NCBI GenBank assembly: GCA_018830465.1
Contig: JAHJSI010000048.1
Span: 1 to 33,768 of the forward strand
Source: Patescibacteria group bacterium
GTDB lineage: Bacteria > Patescibacteriota > Patescibacteriia > UBA2169
Reading direction: 5' to 3'
Length of the DNA stretch: 33,768 nt
This document shows positions 26,549-32,818 of this stretch, in pieces. The position numbers were made by a program, and so were the translations under genes. Every line of letters starts with the position of its first letter. Positions within the stretch are counted from its first letter, which is position 1. Under the pieces are notes generated by a model. That model had not been told where the DNA came from. It searched no databases and saw nothing but the letters and a program-made list of their open reading frames with translations.

Positions 26549-26594
26549 TGTACACAAAATTGATACAATAATTTAAAAAGCTGTACACAAAATT
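26549..26594 (+). repeat. two exact copies of TGTACACAAAATT, 33 bp apart, upstream of ftsA
   Basis: Copies at 26549-26561 and 26582-26594. Each begins with the palindrome TGTACA. They lie between the dgkA stop and the ftsA promoter. Confidence 0.6.
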
Positions 26595-26621
26595 TGTTCA
26601 GGCTGTGGAAAAGTAAATCCA

Positions 26622-26650
26622 TTTACATTTTTGATTGTTTTTTGTATACT
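26622..26650 (+). promoter_or_regulatory. candidate ftsA-ftsZ promoter
   Basis: TTTACA (26622-26627), 17-nt spacer, TATACT (26645-26650). This favours the ATG at 26682 as the ftsA start. Confidence 0.45.
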
Positions 26651-26681
26651 TAGAATGAGTCTAAATATAAACAAAAGTATT

Positions 26682-27980
26682 ATGTCGCAAGTAGAACTAA
26701 TAACTGGAATTGACATTGGCTCTAGCAGTACTCGTATTGCTGTTGGCGAGGCATCCCAAGATTCTGACAGGGTAAATATAATAGGATTTTCTGAAGGAGA
26801 GTCTAATGGAGTTTCTAAGGGAGTTATTAGAAGCATTGAAGAAGTTGTTGAATCAGTTATTAGCGTAAAAACAAGAGCTGAAAAAATGACAAGCATGAGA
26901 ATAGATCATGCTATTGTTGGTATTTCGGGAAGCCATATTACAGCTCAAGACAGTAAAGGCGTTATAGCAGTTGCAAGGGCTGATGGAGAAATCAGGGAAG
27001 ATGATGTTGATAGGGTTTTAGAGGCGGCGCAGGCAGTTAGCGTTCCGCCAAATTACGAGATTATACATGTTCTGCCTAAAACTTTTTCAATAGATAATCA
27101 GACAGACATAAAAGACCCAATCGGAATGAATGGAGTTCGGCTGGAAGTTGAGGCCCAGATTATAGAAGGACAGTCCGCGCATATTAAGAATCTTACAAAA
27201 GCAGTATCTTTGTCAGGACTTTCTATAGATGATTTAGTGCTTTCTTCTTTGGCTTCATCAGAAGCCGCTTTAACAGAAAGGCAAAAAGATTTAGGAGTTG
27301 TATTAATAAATATCGGAGCGGCAACAACAAGCATATTAGTATTTGAAGAAGGAGATATACTGCTTGTTAAAGTTCTTCCTATTGGATCAGCTCATATTAC
27401 GAATGACATAGCGATTGGTTTGCGCACGAATATTGATATTGCTGAAAAAATTAAAATTCAATATGGATCCACTTTGTCAAGTATTGGCAAAGGACACTCA
27501 AGTTCAACGGGGCATACGCCCCGGCACATGCCGGGCGGACAAGACGAAGTATCTCTTTCTCAAATTGATGAACAAGAAGAAGGCGGCTTTTCTAGAAAAT
27601 ATTTAGCAGAGATTATTGAGGCAAGAGTTGAAGAAATATTTCATCTTGTGGATAAAGAGCTTAAGTCGGTTGAGAAGTCTGGAAAGCTGCCAGCAGGAGC
27701 AATCTTGACTGGAGGGGGTGCGAAATTGCCAGGAGTAATTGAATCAGCAAAACGGGTATTCCGTTTGCCAGCGTCAATCGGCGCTCCGATTTCTGTTGAT
27801 AGCGCGATTGATAAATTGAATAATCCAGAATATACAACAGCAGTTGGATTAGTGAAGTGGGGATATGCCAACCAAATATCTTCACAAGGATCTTTTGGCT
27901 CGATTGGAATTAGAGGATTTAAAGGCATTCATGCTATTGGCAGCAAATTTAAGTCAGTTATTCATTTTTTTAAATCATAA
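26682..27980 (+). CDS. ftsA: cell division protein FtsA
   Basis: Frame of ORF 26631-27980, with ATG 26682 giving MSQVELITGIDIGSSSTRIAVGE. Actin-fold phosphate motifs LINIGAATTSILVFEEGD and LTGGGAKLPG. Confidence 0.92.
   Translation: MSQVELITGIDIGSSSTRIAVGEASQDSDRVNIIGFSEGESNGVSKGVIRSIEEVVESVISVKTRAEKMTSMRIDHAIVGISGSHITAQDSKGVIAVARADGEIREDDVDRVLEAAQAVSVPPNYEIIHVLPKTFSIDNQTDIKDPIGMNGVRLEVEAQIIEGQSAHIKNLTKAVSLSGLSIDDLVLSSLASSEAALTERQKDLGVVLINIGAATTSILVFEEGDILLVKVLPIGSAHITNDIAIGLRTNIDIAEKIKIQYGSTLSSIGKGHSSSTGHTPRHMPGGQDEVSLSQIDEQEEGGFSRKYLAEIIEARVEEIFHLVDKELKSVEKSGKLPAGAILTGGGAKLPGVIESAKRVFRLPASIGAPISVDSAIDKLNNPEYTTAVGLVKWGYANQISSQGSFGSIGIRGFKGIHAIGSKFKSVIHFFKS
27509..27538. repeat. GC-rich tandem hairpin insert inside ftsA
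   Basis: GGGGC-ATAC-GCCCC (27509-27522) and CCGGC-ACAT-GCCGG (27521-27534) share two bases, followed by GCGG. Encodes TGHTPRHMPGG within an apparently extended linker. Confidence 0.45.
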
Positions 27981-28030
27981 ACGCATAAATAGAGAGTAAA
28001 ACAAAATTGTTAAGTAAATGATATAATAGT

Positions 28031-29203
28031 ATGGAAATTAAACCAGAAATTGAGACATTCGCAAAAATAAAAGTTATTGGCGTGGGAGGCGGAGGATGCG
28101 CGGCAGTAAATCGGATGATTGAAGAGCGTATCCGAGGAGTTGAGTTTGTTGCTGTAAATACAGACGCTCAAGCGCTTCATCATAATAAAGCATCTACTAA
28201 AGTGCATATTGGTCAGACTGTCACAAGGGGTTTAGGGGCTGGGATGAATCCTGACTTGGGCCGCAAGTCAGCAGAAGAAACGCAGGATGAACTCAAAGAT
28301 ATTTTAAAAGACACTGACATGGTATTTATCACATGCGGTCTTGGCGGTGGAACAGGAACCGGAGCAGCGCCAGTTATTGCTGATATTGCCAGAGATTTAG
28401 GCGCTCTTACTGTAGCAATTGTGACGAAGCCGTTTATGTTTGAAGGACAGCAAAGGCGCGCGATTGCTGAGGCAGGATTAGAAGAGCTTATGGAAAAGGT
28501 TGATACAATAATCACAATTCCGAATGACAGGCTTTTGCAGGTGATTGACAAAAAGACAGCTTTAATGGCAGCGTTTAGGGTTGTTGATGATGTATTAAGG
28601 CAAGGCGTTCAGGGCATTTCAGAAGTTATCAGCGTGCCAGGCGAGATTAATGTTGACTTTGCCGACGCAAAAGCAATAATGAGCGGAGCTGGAAGCGCTT
28701 TAATGGGAATCGGCCGTGGAAGCGGAGAAAATAGAGCAATTGACGCCGCAAAAGCGGCCATTGACAGTCCTTTGCTTGAGATGTCAATTGATGGAGCTCG
28801 CGGCATACTGTTTACTGTAACTGGTTCTTCTGATTTGGGCATGTATGAGATTAATGAGGCAGCAAAAATTATTACAGGCGCGGCTGATGATGACGCAAAA
28901 ATTATTTTTGGAGCTGTTATAAATGAAGAAATGAAAGATGAGATTAAGATAACTGTTATAGCAACAGGGTTTGAAGGCGCGGGAAGGGCGCCAACTCAGC
29001 CAGTTATAGGTCAAGCGGAAGAATTCAAAACTTCAAGTGATATTGATAAAAAGAGGTCGATTTTTTTTGAGAGAGGCAGAACAGAAGCGCAAAAATCTCG
29101 AAATGATGTTGATTTGGAAGAAAGCGCGATTAAAGAGGATGATGCTCAAGAAGAACAAGAGGAATTAGAAATACCCGCGTTTATCCGCAAGAAAATGAAT
29201 TAA
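28031..29203 (+). CDS. ftsZ: cell division GTPase FtsZ
   Basis: 390-aa [20 protein letters not shown], tubulin signature [15 protein letters not shown], and C-terminal conserved peptide EIPAFIRKK. Confidence 0.96.
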   Translation: MEIKPEIETFAKIKVIGVGGGGCAAVNRMIEERIRGVEFVAVNTDAQALHHNKASTKVHIGQTVTRGLGAGMNPDLGRKSAEETQDELKDILKDTDMVFITCGLGGGTGTGAAPVIADIARDLGALTVAIVTKPFMFEGQQRRAIAEAGLEELMEKVDTIITIPNDRLLQVIDKKTALMAAFRVVDDVLRQGVQGISEVISVPGEINVDFADAKAIMSGAGSALMGIGRGSGENRAIDAAKAAIDSPLLEMSIDGARGILFTVTGSSDLGMYEINEAAKIITGAADDDAKIIFGAVINEEMKDEIKITVIATGFEGAGRAPTQPVIGQAEEFKTSSDIDKKRSIFFERGRTEAQKSRNDVDLEESAIKEDDAQEEQEELEIPAFIRKKMN

Positions 29204-29205
29204 TT

Positions 29206-29724
29206 ATGCAATGCCCCGCATGCGCCCATGAAGCAACAAAAGTATTAGATTCTCGCTTGTCTGAACAGGATAATACAGTAAAACGAAGGAGAGAATGCGA
29301 GAAGTGCTTTTTTCGTTTTTCAACAAGAGAGGAAACAGAAATTTTAAATATCACTGTTATAAAGCGCGATGGAAGGCATGAGGCGTATTCAAGAGAAAAA
29401 TTATCCGCGGGTTTTCATAAGGCGTTAGAGAAAAGGCCAATAACAAACCAAGAGCTTCGCATACTTATTTCAAACATAGAGAGAGATATGTACGGCCTTA
29501 ATAAAGTGGAGATTAAGGCATCGCAGATTGGCGATATCGCAATGCGTCATCTTAAAAAGCTGGATAAGGTCGCGTATATTAGATTTGCTTCCGTGTATCG
29601 CGAGTTTAAAGATGTTAATACTTTTTATGAAGAATTAAATAAGCTTATAGGAAAAAGAAAAACATATGTTAAACGAACAAAACAAAAGCGCGCAGCCAAA
29701 AAATCAAAACGAATCAAAAGATGA
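29206..29724 (+). CDS. nrdR: transcriptional repressor NrdR
   Basis: 172-aa ORF. Zinc ribbon MQCPACAHEATKVLDSR..CEKC followed by an ATP-cone, with a Lys-rich tail. Confidence 0.92.
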   Translation: MQCPACAHEATKVLDSRLSEQDNTVKRRRECEKCFFRFSTREETEILNITVIKRDGRHEAYSREKLSAGFHKALEKRPITNQELRILISNIERDMYGLNKVEIKASQIGDIAMRHLKKLDKVAYIRFASVYREFKDVNTFYEELNKLIGKRKTYVKRTKQKRAAKKSKRIKR

Positions 29725-29998
29725 AGTGCTTGAAAGGCTTGCGCGTGAAAATTTGAATCTAACTCGCGAGATTCTTGAATACGTTAAAAAGACAAAACGA
29801 TATATTTTATTCGGCCAGATTTTGAACGTGATTAAAGTTGTATTGATTATTGGCCCGATTATAATTGCTATTATATACTTGCCATCAATAATTAGAGAGT
29901 TTATTTCAACATATTCAGATTTATTAGGAGGAGGCACAGGGAATGCTATTTTACAGGGAGGCGGATTTGTTGATCAATTATTTGGAGAAAAGCAATAA
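29666..29998 (+). CDS. hypothetical small membrane protein
   Basis: 110-aa ORF. TM segment VIKVVLIIGPIIIAIIYLPSII and a Gly-rich tail. The ATG at 29666 overlaps nrdR by 59 nt. An in-frame GTG at 29726 would start 2 nt after the nrdR stop. Confidence 0.55.
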   Translation: MLNEQNKSAQPKNQNESKDEVLERLARENLNLTREILEYVKKTKRYILFGQILNVIKVVLIIGPIIIAIIYLPSIIREFISTYSDLLGGGTGNAILQGGGFVDQLFGEKQ

Positions 29999-30004
29999 TT
30001 TTTT

Positions 30005-31231
30005 ATGATTTTTGAGAAACTGCCTAATCATATTAAACAAGCATTAATTATTACTGTAATTATAAGCATTACCGCGGGCGGGCTTGTCGGCGGCATAGTT
30101 GGAATTTTACTTGCTGGATATTCAAGCAAAAATTTATGGCCATATGTGAGTGATTCGCTTGGATTAAATGATCAAATCTCTGATTTTAATCAAAATGGAC
30201 AGAATATCATAAATCAAGCTGTTGTAGAGGACAGCGCCGCGACTCAAGTTGTTGAACAAGCATCAGGCGCGGTTGTTTCTATTATTGTCACACAGGATCT
30301 TTCAGAATTTTATAACAAAACAGGACCAATGTATCTATTTTATTCTATGCCTCCAACAGGAAAACAAGAGATTGGCGGAGGAAGCGGGTTTATTATTACA
30401 ACAGATGGCATGATTGTGACGAACAGGCATGTAGTTGATAATAATAATGCTGAATATACTGTTGTTTTAAACGACGGAACTCAGTATGAAGCCCAAGTCC
30501 TGGCCCGAGATGATCTGAATGATATTGCTATTATAAAGATTGAAGCGGATAATCTGCCTATTTTGGATTTAGGGGATTCTAATTATATAAAAACAGGGCA
30601 AACAGTTATAGCTATTGGAAATTCTTTGGGCGAGTATCGCAATACCGTCACAAAAGGAGTCATATCAGGAATTAATAGGAGGGTTGTTGCTGGAGATAGC
30701 GTCGGTTTTTCAGAAGTGATTGAAGAAGCAGTTCAAACAGATGCTGCTATTAATTCTGGAAATTCTGGAGGTCCTTTGATTGATTTATTTGGAAAAGTTA
30801 TTGGGGTTAATACTGCTGTATCAAGACAAGGGCAGTTGATTGGTTTTGCAATTCCAATAAATAGCGTTAAAAGCGTAATAGATAGCGTGCGTGAATATGG
30901 CAGGATTGTGCGTCCGTTCTTAGGGGTGCGATATGTTTTATTAAATGAAGAAATTGCGAAAGCAAATAATATAATTGATATTAGTTATGGAGCTTTAATT
31001 GTTCGTGGTGAAATATGGACTGATTTGGCGATTGTTCCAGGATCTCCTGCCAATAAAGCGGGAATTGTTGAGAATGACATTATTTTAGAGATTAATGGGG
31101 AGAAAATTACGCAAGAGAATGGTCTGGCTAAAATAATTGCTAAATATAAGCCAAATGACACTGTGCGCTTAAAAGTGTATCATAAAGGCGAGGAAAAAGA
31201 GGTTGAAGCAGTGTTAGTTGAGCGAGAATAA
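30005..31231 (+). CDS. HtrA/DegP-like trypsin-fold serine protease with PDZ domain
   Basis: 408-aa ORF. N-terminal TM segment; catalytic triad contexts TNRHVV, NDIAIIKI and GNSGGPL; PDZ segment GSPANKAGIVENDIILEINGEKI. Confidence 0.9.
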   Translation: MIFEKLPNHIKQALIITVIISITAGGLVGGIVGILLAGYSSKNLWPYVSDSLGLNDQISDFNQNGQNIINQAVVEDSAATQVVEQASGAVVSIIVTQDLSEFYNKTGPMYLFYSMPPTGKQEIGGGSGFIITTDGMIVTNRHVVDNNNAEYTVVLNDGTQYEAQVLARDDLNDIAIIKIEADNLPILDLGDSNYIKTGQTVIAIGNSLGEYRNTVTKGVISGINRRVVAGDSVGFSEVIEEAVQTDAAINSGNSGGPLIDLFGKVIGVNTAVSRQGQLIGFAIPINSVKSVIDSVREYGRIVRPFLGVRYVLLNEEIAKANNIIDISYGALIVRGEIWTDLAIVPGSPANKAGIVENDIILEINGEKITQENGLAKIIAKYKPNDTVRLKVYHKGEEKEVEAVLVERE

Positions 31232-31236
31232 CTATG

Positions 31237-31266
31237 TCAGCCAAGGGCTGACCAGCTTTTGGCTGG
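31237..31266. repeat. 30-nt GC-rich double-hairpin repeat, copy B (intergenic, 5 nt after the htrA-like stop)
   Basis: TCAGCCAAGGGCTGACCAGCTTTTGGCTGG, 25/30 identical to the prfB copy. As + strand RNA it can form a 13-bp stem using G-U pairs. No T-run follows. Confidence 0.8.
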
Positions 31267-31297
31267 CTCTGTAATAGTTTGTAAATTTATATAGATT

Positions 31298-32429
31298 ATG
31301 CAAGATTTAATTAAGAAGTTACAAGAGCTCTTGGGAAAAATTTCTGAGACAGAGAGGTTGCTTTGATATTGACTTGAAAAAGGAAAGAATTATTGAATTA
31401 GAGAAACAAGCAAGCTCTCCCGCATTTTGGGAAAATCAAAAACAAGCGCAAGAGATAACTCATCAGTTATCTGATTTTCGCGATGAAGTGAATACATGGG
31501 AATCACTCTCTCGAGATGTTGTTGGCACTTTGGAAATCGCGCAGGATTTAGAAAAAGAACAAGATGAAGAGCTTGAAAGAGATGTTATAAAAAAGACGGA
31601 GGAGTTGCTTAACAATTTTGAAAGATTAGAGTTTACAGTTTTTTTTCAGGGTAAATTTTCGGCCAAAGGCCGACCAGCCTCTGGCTGGGATGAGCATGGA
31701 GCAATTGTGTCAATTAGCGCTGGAGCAGGCGGAACTGACGCGCAAGATTGGGCAGAAATGCTGGAGCGCATGCTTTTGCGGTATTGCGAGCGCAAGGAGT
31801 TTAAAACGCGCATTCTAGACAGACAGCAGGGCGCAGAAGCTGGAATTAAAAGTTCTACATTTGAAGTAAGCGGCAAGTACGCGTACGCATGGTTAAAATC
31901 AGAATCAGGAGTGCATCGGTTGGTTAGAATATCTCCTTTTGACGCGGATAAGTCCAGGCATACTTCTTTTGCTTTAGTTGATATTATTCCTGATTTGGGC
32001 GATGTTAAGGGCATAGAAATTAAGGATGAAGATCTGCGCGTGGATGTGTTTCGCGCTTCTGGGCATGGCGGGCAGTCAGTGAACACCACAGACAGCGCTG
32101 TCAGAATCGTGCATGAACCAAGCAAAATTGTCGTCACATGCCAAAATGAAAGATCCCAGCAGCAGAACAAGCAGACCGCGATGAAGATTCTGCGGTCGCG
32201 GTTAGCGCAAAAACAAGAACAAGAAAGAGACGCGCAGGAGCGAAGAATTCGCGGTGACGTGAAAAGCGCGGAATGGGGCTCGCAAATCCGCTCTTATGTC
32301 ATACATCCGTATAAAATGGTTAAAGATCATAGGACTAATTTAGAGACATCAGATGTTGATGCAATTCTACGCGGGGAGCTTGACAAGTTCAGCGAATTTT
32401 ATATAAAATGGATTTTTAAGCAAAAGTAA
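31298..32429 (+). CDS. prfB: peptide chain release factor 2, expressed via programmed +1 frameshift (31298-31363 joined to 31365-32429)
   Basis: Frame 0 from ATG 31298 reads MQDLIKKLQELLGKISETERLL, then CTT TGA (31361-31366). The +1 frame continues DIDLKKERIIELEKQ into ORF 31374-32429. SPF tripeptide (RISPFD) and GGQ (SGHGGQSVN) present. Confidence 0.92.
31351..31367 (+). promoter_or_regulatory. RF2 autoregulatory +1 frameshift site
   Basis: SD-like AGAGAGG (31351-31357), 3-nt spacer TTG, slippery CTT, in-frame TGA, then T. Same architecture as E. coli AGGGGG-UAU-CUU-UGA-C. Confidence 0.88.
31659..31688. repeat. 30-nt GC-rich double-hairpin repeat, copy C (in-frame in prfB)
   Basis: TCGGCCAAAGGCCGACCAGCCTCTGGCTGG. 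Codon-phased from its first base; encodes SAKGRPASGW. Confidence 0.85.
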
Positions 32430-32471
32430 ATTCTGTTCTTTTCACATTTATAAAAAGAAGGAGGTGTTAGT

Positions 32472-32732
32472 ATGAGCGTTCAAGCGGTGCATAATGCAAT
32501 CACAGTGGTTCCACTTGGCATGCAGGCAAGAAATAAGGAGGATGCCAAGAGGATTCTCAAAGAGCTGCTCGAAAAAAATGCAACAGGAAAGCTTGAGAAT
32601 CCACTGGAAGATGCTCAGTTGCGCAAGCTGGAACAAGACCTCAAGCGCATCAGCAAGTTGTGGGCGACTCTCTATGGACAACAGACCATTAAGCTGTGGA
32701 TCAGTTTTGCCCGGAGACACGGCATTGTGTGA
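32472..32732 (+). CDS. orphan small protein (86 aa), GC-rich relative to flanks
   Basis: AAGGAGG (32458-32464) lies 7 nt before ATG 32472. Product: MSVQAVHNAITVVPLGMQARNKEDAKRILKELLEKNATGKLENPLEDAQLRKLEQDLKRISKLW... Followed by a strong terminator. No family recognised. Confidence 0.6.
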   Translation: MSVQAVHNAITVVPLGMQARNKEDAKRILKELLEKNATGKLENPLEDAQLRKLEQDLKRISKLWATLYGQQTIKLWISFARRHGIV

Positions 32733-32763
32733 TGTTGACTGATTGTCTGCCAGTGGCGCGTGT

Positions 32764-32804
32764 GAGGCTTTGAATCCAAAATGGATTCAAAGCCTCTTTT
32801 TTTT
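32764..32804 (+). terminator. intrinsic terminator after the 32472 gene
   Basis: Perfect 14-bp stem GAGGCTTTGAATCC (32764-32777) / GGATTCAAAGCCTC (32783-32796), 5-nt loop, then eight T (32797-32804). Confidence 0.85.
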
Positions 32805-32812
32805 GATACAAT
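32804..32812 (+). promoter_or_regulatory. extended -10 element (TGaTACAAT) 6 nt upstream of the comEC ATG, possible leaderless start
   Basis: TGATACAAT at 32804-32812, then ATATAT, then ATG at 32819. Confidence 0.4.
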
Positions 32813-32818
32813 ATATAT

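Noticed and set aside
28019-28027. TGATATAAT extended -10-like motif just upstream of ftsZ.
   Set aside because: It ends only 3 nt before the ftsZ ATG, so a transcript from it would start inside or after the start codon, and no downstream Met precedes the GGGG motif. It is probably a chance match in AT-rich spacer, with ftsZ co-transcribed with ftsA.
31374-31376. TTG start for prfB as given by the ORF track.
   Set aside because: This is an artefact of the +1 frameshift. The upstream ATG at 31298 plus the CTT TGA site explains the N-terminus.
31646-32170. 174-aa minus-strand ORF antisense to prfB. Similar long antisense ORFs occur at 28213-28551 and 28609-28842 (ftsZ), 3125-3650 (topA), 12049-12954 (der), 20136-20537 and 20766-21080 (giant gene), and 33463-33750 (comEC).
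   Set aside because: All lie fully inside strongly supported genes on the other strand. They have low-complexity or Cys/Ser/Pro-rich translations with no motifs and no start context. They are typical shadow ORFs.
32494-32742. Alternative-frame 82-aa ORF overlapping the 32472 small gene.
   Set aside because: It has no ribosome-binding site and a Cys/Ser/Arg-rich translation. The 32472 frame has AAGGAGG at ideal spacing.
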